Positions 25,326 through 33,244 of a stretch of 41,662 nt of DNA are shown here, one piece after another; the stretch's first letter is position 1; each line of letters begins with the position of its first letter. Location of the stretch: IMG/VR virus record IMGVR_UViG_3300010052_000169, positions 1 to 41,662 of that record, one strand, 5' to 3'. A model generated the notes under the pieces. It was given only the letters and a program-made list of their open reading frames with translations. It ran no database searches and had not been told where the DNA came from. This DNA comes from a virus. Its lineage: Duplodnaviria > Caudoviricetes. Made by a program: the position numbers and the translations under genes.

Positions 25326-26731
25326 TAGGCAACTTCCCTTTCCTTGAAGGATGTGCGGTCATAGGCCTGCTTTGCCAGATTGCCGAACCGGGTAAACTTC
25401 GCATCGAACTGAAGCTCGACCACGCCCGTAGGACCATGCCGCTGCTTGCCGATGATGACTTCCGCCTTACCCTCGGCAGCCTTCAGGCTCTGCTCCCACT
25501 TGAACCATTCCTCTGTTTCTGACTTAGGCTCTCGGTTCTTGAGGTAGTATTCCTCGCGATAGACGAACATCACCACGTCCGCGTCCTGCTCGATGCTTCC
25601 AGACTCCCTCAGATCGGCTAGGATCGGCCTCTTGTCGTCGCGGGCCTCTACCTGCCGGGAAAGCTGGCTGAGGGCGATGACAGGCACGTCTAGCTCTTTG
25701 GCGAGGGCCTTTAGTTTCGTGGTGATCTCGGTGACTTCCTGCACCCGGTTTCCTTGGCGCTGCGAGCCAAACAAAAGTTGCAGATAGTCCACGATGAGAA
25801 GATCAAGCCCACGCTGGCGCTTGAGACGGCGCGCACGGGCAATAAGCTGGGTGATGGTCAACCCGCCGGAATCCTCGATGTAGAGCGGAATGTCCTGCGT
25901 CCTGACGGCTTCTTCGGACACCCTTGCGAAGTCCTGCTCGGTGATTTCGCCGCGGCGAAGCCTAGAGGACGGGACACTCGCCAGATCGGAAAGCAGTCGG
26001 GTGGATACCTGCTCCCGCGACATTTCCAGCGAAAAGAACCCGACCGAATAATCATTGCTCGCGATGTTGAACGCGATGTTCCCGGCCAGTGCCGATTTGC
26101 CCATGGCAGGACGGCCGGCGACGATGATTAGGTCCGACTTCTGCAAGCCGCCCATGAGGGAATCCAGGTCGATGAACCCGCATGGCAGTCCGGTCAGCCC
26201 GCCGCCCTTCTGGAAAGCCGCCGCAGCCATATCGATCGATTCCTTGGCCGCGTCCGAGAAGCGAACAAAACCGCCTTGATCGCTCTCGGTAACGAGAGAC
26301 AGCAAGTCTTCCTCGGTCTGCTCGATGATTTGCTTGGCGGTCGTTTCAGGACCAGCCTGCGTGGCGCTATCGGAAAGCTGGTAGGATATGCGGACCAGTT
26401 CCCGGCGAAGATAAAGCTGCGTGATCGTTCCGGCATAGTCCGGCGCATTCAGGACTGTAGTGGCGTTCGCAGCCAGTCGGGCGACGTACTGCGAAGGCTG
26501 AAGCCCCGCAATATCGGTTTCCTTTGGGATAAAGGTCAGAACGGCAATCGGTGACGCCTTCTTGCCCGAACGGATCAGCGTCCCTGCGATCTCGTATATC
26601 TGTTGGTGGATAGGTTCAAAGAAATGATCCACCTTCAGGCTGTCAGCCACACGGTCGTAAGCGTCGTTGTTTGTCAGGATTGCTCCTAACAACGCCTGCT
26701 CAACTTCGATGGAGTGCGGAAGCACGTTCAT
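25325..26731 (-). CDS. dnaB: Replicative DNA helicase DnaB (phage copy)
   Basis: EQALLGAIL, Walker A GRPAMGKS, FSLEMS, VDYLQL, LSQLSR, DLRESGSIEQDAD, KQRHGPTG. Confidence 0.97.
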   Translation of the reverse strand: MNVLPHSIEVEQALLGAILTNNDAYDRVADSLKVDHFFEPIHQQIYEIAGTLIRSGKKASPIAVLTFIPKETDIAGLQPSQYVARLAANATTVLNAPDYAGTITQLYLRRELVRISYQLSDSATQAGPETTAKQIIEQTEEDLLSLVTESDQGGFVRFSDAAKESIDMAAAAFQKGGGLTGLPCGFIDLDSLMGGLQKSDLIIVAGRPAMGKSALAGNIAFNIASNDYSVGFFSLEMSREQVSTRLLSDLASVPSSRLRRGEITEQDFARVSEEAVRTQDIPLYIEDSGGLTITQLIARARRLKRQRGLDLLIVDYLQLLFGSQRQGNRVQEVTEITTKLKALAKELDVPVIALSQLSRQVEARDDKRPILADLRESGSIEQDADVVMFVYREEYYLKNREPKSETEEWFKWEQSLKAAEGKAEVIIGKQRHGPTGVVELQFDAKFTRFGNLAKQAYDRTSFKEREVA

Positions 26732-26901
26732 TGCTGATCGGCCTCCAGACGCCTTGCTTCACGCTGCATGAGATCGAACAGCGATACTTGCAGGTCAGCG
26801 ATATTCCGCACGGTTACAGAGAGGCGATAAGCCTCCGCTGCCACGCGGTATCCATGATCGTCTGCGAGTTTGGCGGGGGTGATGTTCTTCTCAGGCTTCA
26901 T
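26728..26901 (-). CDS. 57-aa hypothetical protein (not in the ORF track)
   Basis: MKPEKNITPAKLADDHGYRVAAE...EADQQ; ATGA overlaps with both gcrA and dnaB. Confidence 0.6.
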   Translation of the reverse strand: MKPEKNITPAKLADDHGYRVAAEAYRLSVTVRNIADLQVSLFDLMQREARRLEADQQ

Positions 26902-27407
26902 ATCGCCCCCTCGTATTCAGAGAACGATTTGACGCGCGGTTCAGATACCTTGCGCGTCTTGATAGGCTTCACCCACACCCTGCGGTGATGCCACGGGCAG
27001 TAGCTTGAGCCAGCCTGCTTATCCGCTCCGCAATAGATCATCCCCTCAATCGGGTAGCAGCACTGGTTCTCTTTGCGGTCGAAGAGAGAAACCCGCAGGG
27101 CACTATCGGGGATAGGAATGATGGGATCGCAGAACGGCTTGCTCGGAAAGCACGGCTGCACCTTTACGCGAGGACGCCTTGGACTTGTACGCTTGTAAAC
27201 CGCGCGCTCCGCACTGACGGCCACCTTCCGCTTCGGAAGCTTTAGCCGATGAACCGCGCCCAAGATGGCGTTGCGCGTAGTGCCGGGGAACTCAGCAGCG
27301 ATTAAGCGAGCGGAATAGCCTGCGCTCCAAAGCTTCTCTAGCTTTTCGCGGTTCGCGCCAGTCCAAACAGCGTTGCCGTGCCGCTCTGCTGGAGATGGGA
27401 GGTTCAT
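26898..27407 (-). CDS. gcrA: GcrA-family cell-cycle regulator homolog
   Basis: WT...L.KLW..GYSA..IA......TRNAILGAVHRL N-terminus; CCYPI...YCG...SYCPWH C-terminus. Confidence 0.9.
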   Translation of the reverse strand: MNLPSPAERHGNAVWTGANREKLEKLWSAGYSARLIAAEFPGTTRNAILGAVHRLKLPKRKVAVSAERAVYKRTSPRRPRVKVQPCFPSKPFCDPIIPIPDSALRVSLFDRKENQCCYPIEGMIYCGADKQAGSSYCPWHHRRVWVKPIKTRKVSEPRVKSFSEYEGAI

Positions 27408-27679
27408 GGCCATAGCAAATCCCTCTGTCCCGCCAGTTTTAAGAGCTTATCGCGCAATCTTTCTGACGCCTTGGGATCGTTGCGGTTGATCCAATCACTT
27501 CGAGCCTTCAGCCACGCTTTGTAGGCCCAGCCCTGCCGCATCATGAACGGATAGCTCTGATCGATTGCCCTCTTCTTATCTTCGAACGAAGCGTCGTCGG
27601 GCTGTCCGGCTATAACGGTTTCGATGTGCCTTGATGCTCTATCAGTCCAAGAGCCGGGCTCGATTCTGATACGCTTCAT
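27404..27679 (-). CDS. Hypothetical protein
   Basis: 91 aa from ATG 27679 (ATGA, GGAGG RBS); YPF..RQGWAYKAWLK. Confidence 0.7.
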   Translation of the reverse strand: MKRIRIEPGSWTDRASRHIETVIAGQPDDASFEDKKRAIDQSYPFMMRQGWAYKAWLKARSDWINRNDPKASERLRDKLLKLAGQRDLLWP

Positions 27680-28110
27680 TCCGCGCCTCCATGAACCGGC
27701 GCTGGCCTGAACTGCCATCCAACAGGTCGAATAGCCTGCCAGCGCTCTAATACGTTCAGGACTTCCTCTTGTGTCCGCGCGACTTCGCAAGGAATGTAAA
27801 ACTCCTTGCACCAGCGGAAGAACCGTTCCTGATCTTCGTTCAGGTCGCCCTTGCCGTATTTCAATTCGAGAAAATGCGGCGCGTGCTTGATGAATATCTG
27901 GAGGTCCGGAACGCCACGGATAACGCCCATGGCCTGCAGCTTCCCGGCGGTCTGGACGTTGCGCTTTTCGCCAGAGGCAGCGTGCCAGTACTTCACGTGA
28001 CCCCAGGCAAGGCGTTGTAGCGTCTTGATGGTCCACTTGTGCAGGTCGAACTCGGAAGCGATGCCAAGATTTTCGACGCGGCGTTTTTCAATCTTGAAAG
28101 CACCGGCCAT
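27676..28110 (-). CDS. VRR-NUC domain nuclease (resolvase-like)
   Basis: MGVIRGVPDL...FLELK...L...Q; start ATG 28110 (TGATG). Confidence 0.85.
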   Translation of the reverse strand: MAGAFKIEKRRVENLGIASEFDLHKWTIKTLQRLAWGHVKYWHAASGEKRNVQTAGKLQAMGVIRGVPDLQIFIKHAPHFLELKYGKGDLNEDQERFFRWCKEFYIPCEVARTQEEVLNVLERWQAIRPVGWQFRPAPVHGGAE

Positions 28111-28247
28111 CAGTCGCGCTCCCGCAAGATTCGCTTCACTTCCTCGGCTGCTTCCGCGTCCGTGGGCTCCCGACCCAAGCGCTTTGCGAGCTTGCCCCAG
28201 ATCGTGTGAGGCCCGGCGTTGTGCCAAGTGATGTTTACCTTCAGCAT
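28110..28247 (-). CDS. 45-aa hypothetical protein (not in the ORF track)
   Basis: MLKVNITWHNAGPHTIWGKLAKRLGREPTDAEAAEEVKRILRERD; TGATG-coupled on both sides. Confidence 0.6.
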   Translation of the reverse strand: MLKVNITWHNAGPHTIWGKLAKRLGREPTDAEAAEEVKRILRERD

Positions 28248-28402
28248 CACGCAGCCCTCGCCTTCTTTGCTTCGCGAGCGGCAAGACGTTCGGCCTTTTT
28301 GTCCGCGCGAACTTCCGCATCAAGTTGCTTATGCTTCGCCGCTTTACGGCGCAGATATTCCCGTGTTGAAGCCGAAGGCTGGGATAGCTTACGAGCCGCC
28401 AT
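28247..28402 (-). CDS. 51-aa basic hypothetical protein (not in the ORF track)
   Basis: MAARKLSQPSASTREYLRRKAAKHKQ...; GGGGA RBS. Confidence 0.55.
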   Translation of the reverse strand: MAARKLSQPSASTREYLRRKAAKHKQLDAEVRADKKAERLAAREAKKARAA

Positions 28403-28483
28403 TTATTCCCCACCAGAAAGTAACAGCGCCGCTCTTAGTGTCGGCTGACTACGCAAATCGAAGTACTCAGATACGCCGCAAAA

Positions 28484-28813
28484 CTATTCTTGAAACCAAA
28501 AGCGAGCGCCGTCGCGCTTGCGAATGAACACAGGAGGCCCGTCATTCATCCACGAGCCGCCACGCGCTTCCTTGCCGACCCGCTTCCAAGGCTCTCGATT
28601 GCATCCAGCGTTCGCCTTGCAACGAAAGTGAAATGATGGGCCGTAGTAGGCCCATTCTTTCGTCGGAAAATCGACGCGAATTTCTGTAACGCTCGCGGGC
28701 CAACGGCACTCACAACACGAACAAGTAATAGACATTCCGCGCGACCAACGAACTGCCCTTGTCGTCGGCTTCCACTCACCTTTGTTCATTGGCACTTTCA
28801 GAATGTGCAACAT
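28484..28813 (-). CDS. Cys-rich hypothetical protein
   Basis: ATG 28813 after a GAGGG RBS; CSCC and C....GC. Confidence 0.5.
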   Translation of the reverse strand: MLHILKVPMNKGEWKPTTRAVRWSRGMSITCSCCECRWPASVTEIRVDFPTKEWAYYGPSFHFRCKANAGCNREPWKRVGKEARGGSWMNDGPPVFIRKRDGARFWFQE

Positions 28814-28821
28814 GTGCGCCC

Positions 28822-28953
28822 TCAGAAAAGCTTGTTCGTCGCCGTCGAATGCCAGAGCAAATGCGCGACCCATAAAGCAGCCGCGCCGATGTAAAGAGCC
28901 GGATGCGTGAAGCCGTTCACGACAAGAAGCATCCACACGATAAGGAGCGTCAT
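28822..28953 (-). CDS. 43-aa membrane peptide (not in the ORF track)
   Basis: MTLLIVWMLLVVNGFTHPALYIGAAALWVAHLLWHSTATNKLF; ATGA-coupled. Confidence 0.55.
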   Translation of the reverse strand: MTLLIVWMLLVVNGFTHPALYIGAAALWVAHLLWHSTATNKLF

Positions 28954-29396
28954 TCGTCACCTATGAGCGCGGCAGTTTCATCCGTGACTTCGGATTCCTT
29001 GCGCGCGTAATCGAGAGTGAGTTGGCGGATAACCGTTCGGTCTTTCGCCATGCGAATTTGCGTGGTGCAGACCTTGAACCACTTGGGCCACGTCTTCTTG
29101 TCACCCATCATCGCCTTGAGGACTTCGAGCCCAACGTCGGAGCGCAGAAGCAAAGCGATGTCTTCGAGACTGTATTCGCGCAGACCAGAGGCTCGGTTCT
29201 TCGCGACTTTATCGCCTAACCCGCGTTGCGTTAGTCGCAGTAGGACCGCGAGATAAGGCCATAGATTTGTTTTGGTTTTATTCCGTAGAGCCGCGTTGAT
29301 CGCAGACTGGATTTGCCCCGCTTTGGGGCTTTCGAGGCCCAAAATGGTACGGCCTAGATTCGACTTCTCCGTCGCGATGGCTACGTTGCCCGACAT
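28950..29396 (-). CDS. CII-position regulatory protein
   Basis: 148 aa from ATG 29396 with GGAG RBS; first long gene after cro; HTH-like central part. Confidence 0.55.
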   Translation of the reverse strand: MSGNVAIATEKSNLGRTILGLESPKAGQIQSAINAALRNKTKTNLWPYLAVLLRLTQRGLGDKVAKNRASGLREYSLEDIALLLRSDVGLEVLKAMMGDKKTWPKWFKVCTTQIRMAKDRTVIRQLTLDYARKESEVTDETAALIGDE

Positions 29397-29601
29397 GATT
29401 ACTCCGAACGCAAATTTACTGAGAGTGACGTGCTGGACAGTCGTCCCGCGACTTCGCGAGCGAACGCTAGTCCTGCGTGCATACGGGAATGACTTTCGCA
29501 AACCCGTGATGATGGAAATGGACCTGCTAGTCGCAGAGCAATTGAACGATCACGTTCTACGATGCAGGGAACGATTTGAGATGATGCGATGAGCGGAAGC
29601 A

Positions 29602-29829
29602 TTAGGAAGCCTCCGCTGGCTCGAGAAAGTCTTCGGCGCTTAGTCCGATCTCATTCTGCTTTGCATAATCAAGGAGCGCCCGATGATGCCGCTGCGGGAT
29701 AAGTCCGCCAGTGCCACCCTTGGTCTTTGGATGCTGCCAACGATACGGCGCAGTAAAGGCCGTCCCGGTAATGCCGGACACCGCTGCCTCGCCGCCAAGC
29801 CGCTTGATGATGGTTTTTGCTGGCTCCAT
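29602..29829 (-). CDS. cro: Cro-like repressor
   Basis: IIKRLGGEAAVS.ITG......YRW...GG.IP; divergent from cI across three operators. Confidence 0.85.
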   Translation of the reverse strand: MEPAKTIIKRLGGEAAVSGITGTAFTAPYRWQHPKTKGGTGGLIPQRHHRALLDYAKQNEIGLSAEDFLEPAEAS

Positions 29830-29840
29830 GCTGCCAGCAT

Positions 29841-29917
29841 ATTTCCGATTTTCCGAAATCCTTGTCAAGCGCGATTTCGGATAATCCGAATTGCACCGCT
29901 TTCTGATTTACAGAAAT
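29841..29917. promoter_or_regulatory. Right operator (three 19-bp sites) with PR and PRM
   Basis: ATTTCCGATTTTCCGAAAT 29841-59, ATTTCGGATAATCCGAATT 29874-92, CTTTCTGATTTACAGAAAT 29899-917; TTGACA (minus, 29868-63) and TTGCAC (plus, 29891-96). Confidence 0.85.
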
Positions 29918-29926
29918 ACTTGGGGT

Positions 29927-30484
29927 ATGGAATTGAACCCTAAACTTGTCGCCAAAGTCATCGATGCTCGAGGTCTAAGTAAGTCCGGGCTCGCGTCCGC
30001 ACTAAAAATACCGAACAGCGCCGTAACCTCGTACCTCAAGGGCGAGCGCAAGTTGAAGCAAGATGAGGTGCCGCTGGCCAAGAAGTACCTCCAGTTGGAC
30101 ACCATCCCGATCGTGGGTCGTGTGTCTGCCGGTGCGGCAATGATTTTCTTCCCGCAGACGGGGGAATTGGAACGAGTGCCCGCGCCTGACGACTCCACAG
30201 AGAACACCGTAGCGGCTGAAATCGACGGGATCAGCCTGGGGCCTGTTTTTGACCGTTGGCTGGTGATTTACGACCGCGTAGAGCGGCCAGTGACGAAGGC
30301 TCTTGTCGGCGAGCTGTGCGTGGTCGGCGTTAAGGACGGCGGCGTCTTGGTGAAACTTGTGAAAGAAAGCCGAACAAAGGGCCTTTTTCACCTATTTTCG
30401 AACTCAAACGAGGACCCGCTGCTTGATCAAGAAATTGAGTGGGCGGCGCGGGTTAAGGCCATCCAGCCGAGGCGTAAAACTTGA
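29927..30484 (+). CDS. cI: CI-like repressor (HTH + S24 autopeptidase)
   Basis: HTH SKSGLASALKIPNSAVTSYLKGER; VSAG Ala-Gly cleavage site; GISL serine and LVK lysine. Confidence 0.88.
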   Translation: MELNPKLVAKVIDARGLSKSGLASALKIPNSAVTSYLKGERKLKQDEVPLAKKYLQLDTIPIVGRVSAGAAMIFFPQTGELERVPAPDDSTENTVAAEIDGISLGPVFDRWLVIYDRVERPVTKALVGELCVVGVKDGGVLVKLVKESRTKGLFHLFSNSNEDPLLDQEIEWAARVKAIQPRRKT

Positions 30485-30921
30485 AAAGATGTTTGGCGAT
30501 TGCGGGCATGTTTATTTTAACGGTGCCAGCCCACGCACTTGAAAAGTATATCTGCATTGGCGACCAAGCCGTGGGGTTCCGCCTGCTCAACGGACGTTGG
30601 TCTAACGCTGTTTTTAACGTGAATGACGATCGCCTGATGGTCATGGAAATACCTCCGAAGAAGTCGATATTCGGAGACGCCACAATCAATTTCGTTGTGC
30701 GAAAGTTTGGCTCTGATCGAAATCTCCATGAATGCAGCAGACAAACATTCGATGGTAAGCCGACAACCAGAATAGTTTGCGGCGGCCTAGGCTTTGGGTT
30801 CCTGATGGACACTAAAAGCCTGAGGTATCAGGATTTTTACGGTCTAGGCTATTTGGATGGAGAAGACAGGCCGGGGAACACCCCGTCGCTGACGATCGGA
30901 AAGTGCACAAGGGTAGAGTGA
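30481..30921 (+). CDS. Exported protein co-transcribed with cI
   Basis: Signal peptide ending AHA; four Cys in the mature part; TTGA overlap with cI. Confidence 0.7.
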   Translation: MKRCLAIAGMFILTVPAHALEKYICIGDQAVGFRLLNGRWSNAVFNVNDDRLMVMEIPPKKSIFGDATINFVVRKFGSDRNLHECSRQTFDGKPTTRIVCGGLGFGFLMDTKSLRYQDFYGLGYLDGEDRPGNTPSLTIGKCTRVE

Positions 30922-30931
30922 CCCCTAACCC

Positions 30932-30947
30932 CGTTTCACGTGGAACA
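30932..30947. promoter_or_regulatory. parS-like palindrome
   Basis: CGTTTCACGTGGAACA; reverse complement TGTTCCACGTGAAACG matches 15/16 of TGTTNCACGTGAAACA. Confidence 0.6.
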
Positions 30948-30957
30948 TAGTGAGAAC
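30943..30957. promoter_or_regulatory. Alphaproteobacterial LexA (SOS) box
   Basis: GAAC-ATAGTGA-GAAC, exactly GAAC-N7-GAAC, next to TTGACG at 30959. Confidence 0.65.
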
Positions 30958-31026
30958 ATTGACGGTCACCAAAATTTAATGTTGGGTGTCAATGCTCTAA
31001 CCAGAGTCAAGTGTTATATATCGACC

Positions 31027-31317
31027 ATGACCGAAAAGAGCTTCAAAATTACTGTCTGCTTCGAGGCCCGCGAAGATGGCGGCTTACGGGCTTACAGCGA
31101 TGACGTACCCGGCCTCGTGCTCTCAAGCCCCGACATCGACGGGGTTCTGGAGGACGTGACGGAAGCCCTTGCCTTCATTCTATCCGAGAAACTGAAGGCC
31201 AAGGTGGAAGTTCGTCCGTTGGAAGATATTCGGACGTTTCTTGAGGACCGTGGAATCGTTGGCCGCTCGGCCTTCGCTGGGCCCAAGGAATACGTGGCGA
31301 TCCCCCTGCACCACTAG
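31027..31317 (+). CDS. HicB-like antitoxin lacking an obvious DNA-binding domain
   Basis: EAREDGGLRAYSDDVPGLVLSS......LEDVTEAL, HicB partial RNase H pattern; 96 aa. Confidence 0.7.
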   Translation: MTEKSFKITVCFEAREDGGLRAYSDDVPGLVLSSPDIDGVLEDVTEALAFILSEKLKAKVEVRPLEDIRTFLEDRGIVGRSAFAGPKEYVAIPLHH

Positions 31318-31323
31318 CCGATC

Positions 31324-31548
31324 GTGAGTATCAACCGCCTCCTTTTCCGAGCCGAATGGGAGGCGAAACTCCGACGCTGGGGCTGCCGCCCCTTGGAAGG
31401 CAAAGGCCCTTTGAACACCGCCGAATGGTGGATTGGCCGTGAGGGCCCCTTCACTGTCCCTGTCGAGGGTGAAGACCAGTGCGAGTTTTGGGCACTCCAG
31501 CGCCTTTGCAGGCTGCACGGTAGGCCGCTGCAGGACCTAGACGATTAA
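31324..31548 (+). CDS. HicA-like small protein (putative toxin)
   Basis: 74 aa alpha-beta-beta-beta-alpha pattern, E...KLRRWG...FTVP...L..L...G; lacks the GSH motif. Confidence 0.5.
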   Translation: MSINRLLFRAEWEAKLRRWGCRPLEGKGPLNTAEWWIGREGPFTVPVEGEDQCEFWALQRLCRLHGRPLQDLDD

Positions 31549-31574
31549 GCCCCGCCTCGGCGGGGTTTTTGTTT
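31547..31574 (+). terminator. Rho-independent terminator of the immunity region
   Basis: GCCCCGCC-TC-GGCGGGGT-TTTTGTTT. Confidence 0.85.
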
Positions 31575-31661
31575 AGGGGCTGGCGAAAGCTGGCCCCTTT
31601 CCTGTTTTCCGGATCGCGACCAGAGAATCAGTAGCACGGCAGAAAGAGGCCGCAAGAAATA

Positions 31662-31717
31662 ATTTCCGATTTTCCGAAATTACCCATTGACTGATTTCTG
31701 ATTATCCGAAATAGTCT
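31662..31717 (+). promoter_or_regulatory. Left operator (two 19-bp sites) and PL
   Basis: ATTTCCGATTTTCCGAAAT 31662-80 (identical to the site at 29841), ATTTCTGATTATCCGAAAT 31694-712; TTGACT at 31687; AATAGT/TAGTCT at 31710-17. Confidence 0.85.
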
Positions 31718-31739
31718 CCCCATCCAAGGGAGAGACGAC

Positions 31740-32294
31740 ATGGCGAGCGCTGCAATCACCGAAAGGCCAATTCGTGCAGACCTGAACGGTCGGCCAAGGC
31801 CGGTCACTATCGAGTGGCTGATCAGCAAGCACATTCGCGCGGACGTGACGGCGCTATTCCGCGAGCTTGAGCGCCAGTCTGCTCACACATCGCTTCACGC
31901 AAAAGCCAAAAGGCTCTCCGCCCCCTTCCTCGACTTTGAAGCAGCGGCACGGGCGGCGGGGTGGGAGCAATATGCATCAAGCGGCGGTTATTTCAGTAAC
32001 CCCAAATTGAAATCGCCCCACAATATTCATCCGCACGGCCAATGTTGGAAAGCGCTTTGCGTCGATACCAGAATCGAGCCGCACGAAATCCCGGTCATCG
32101 GCCACTACATCGTCACCGCCGAACTGGCTGACGAGCTGGACGCGCGCGGCGAGCGCGTGGAGCGCGGCTTCGGCGGCAATATAGTCTGGGCGCGGCGCGG
32201 AGTCCGAGCAAATGGACCCGTGCCTTGCGTCATCGAGCTACCGCTCACCCGCGACCCCGTACTGCTCGCGATCTGCGCTGCGGAGGCCATCTAA
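31740..32294 (+). CDS. Hypothetical protein, first gene of the PL operon
   Basis: 184 aa; GGGAGAG RBS. Confidence 0.75.
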   Translation: MASAAITERPIRADLNGRPRPVTIEWLISKHIRADVTALFRELERQSAHTSLHAKAKRLSAPFLDFEAAARAAGWEQYASSGGYFSNPKLKSPHNIHPHGQCWKALCVDTRIEPHEIPVIGHYIVTAELADELDARGERVERGFGGNIVWARRGVRANGPVPCVIELPLTRDPVLLAICAAEAI

Positions 32295-32578
32295 TGCCCC
32301 GCTTCACCCTTCTCGCCCATTTCTCCGACGACACCGAAGAAATGTTCGGTCCCTACTCGTCAATCGAGCAGGCAGTCGATCAGCAATCTTCATACGCTCA
32401 AGGCTACCGCAGAGACGTTGAGTTCTCTTGCTGCCTTGAGATCGGGAAGACCGCTCACTCCCGCTGGTACACGTTCGATCGAACGGAAGACTTCATAGAG
32501 GAGTGGAGCAAGCACGACGAGCGCGGTCCTCGCATGCGCGTTCCGGCAATTCGTAACGAACTTATCGCAGCGGAGTAG
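32294..32578 (+). CDS. Hypothetical protein
   Basis: 94 aa from TAATG-coupled ATG; GGAGG RBS. Confidence 0.7.
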   Translation: MPRFTLLAHFSDDTEEMFGPYSSIEQAVDQQSSYAQGYRRDVEFSCCLEIGKTAHSRWYTFDRTEDFIEEWSKHDERGPRMRVPAIRNELIAAE

Positions 32579-32582
32579 AGCG

Positions 32583-32879
32583 ATGAACTTCATCCCCCCA
32601 TACGGCCATCCCCCGGCCGTAGCCAGCGGTGACGGGCAGACTAGCGCCCCTTCTCCCCGCGTCGCCGTCATCGCTGGCCCCCTTTCATCGGATGAACCTT
32701 TGATCCTCGCTGAACTGACTGTGACGCAGATCGTGATGGGCGTGAGTGATTTGAAAAAGATCGCTTCTGAAACACCACGCCTTCTCGCAGGTGAATACGA
32801 AGACTTGTTTCTTGCATCGAAAGAACTGTCTCGCATCGTTCAGCAGTTGGAAACCAGCCAGAGGGAAGCGGCGGAATGA
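32583..32879 (+). CDS. Hypothetical protein
   Basis: 98 aa; GGAG RBS. Confidence 0.65.
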   Translation: MNFIPPYGHPPAVASGDGQTSAPSPRVAVIAGPLSSDEPLILAELTVTQIVMGVSDLKKIASETPRLLAGEYEDLFLASKELSRIVQQLETSQREAAE

Positions 32880-33244
32880 ACGGAATGACGCGGCTTGCTT
32901 GCGGAAATTGCGGCATCGAATTTGATGTGCCTGTTCACTTCTATAACGGAAAGAGAACGGACAAATCCACATGGTATTGCCCCAACGGACACCCCCGCGT
33001 TTTTCGCGAAAGCGATGCAGACGTACTTCGCAGAGAACGGGACGGCCTTCGGCAGAGACTAGCCGAAAAAGACGACACCATATCGCGACTTGAGCGCGAG
33101 AAATCGGCTGCCAAAGGACAAATCACGAAACTAAAGAACCGTGCATCGAACGGCGTTTGCCCGTGCTGCACTCGCAGTTTCACGAATCTCCGCCGCCACA
33201 TGGAAACGAAGCATCCTGAATTTAGGGCGGAGGCTGCGGAATGA
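32876..33244 (+). CDS. Zn-finger / coiled-coil protein
   Basis: CGNC, YCPNGH and C-terminal CPCC..F..L.RHM...H C2H2-like finger. Confidence 0.75.
   Translation: MNGMTRLACGNCGIEFDVPVHFYNGKRTDKSTWYCPNGHPRVFRESDADVLRRERDGLRQRLAEKDDTISRLEREKSAAKGQITKLKNRASNGVCPCCTRSFTNLRRHMETKHPEFRAEAAE

Noticed and set aside
29399-29602. 67-aa ORF between cro and the CII-position gene
   Set aside because: It is TAATG-coupled to cro, but has no recognisable features and the region may just hold regulatory sites; too uncertain to call.
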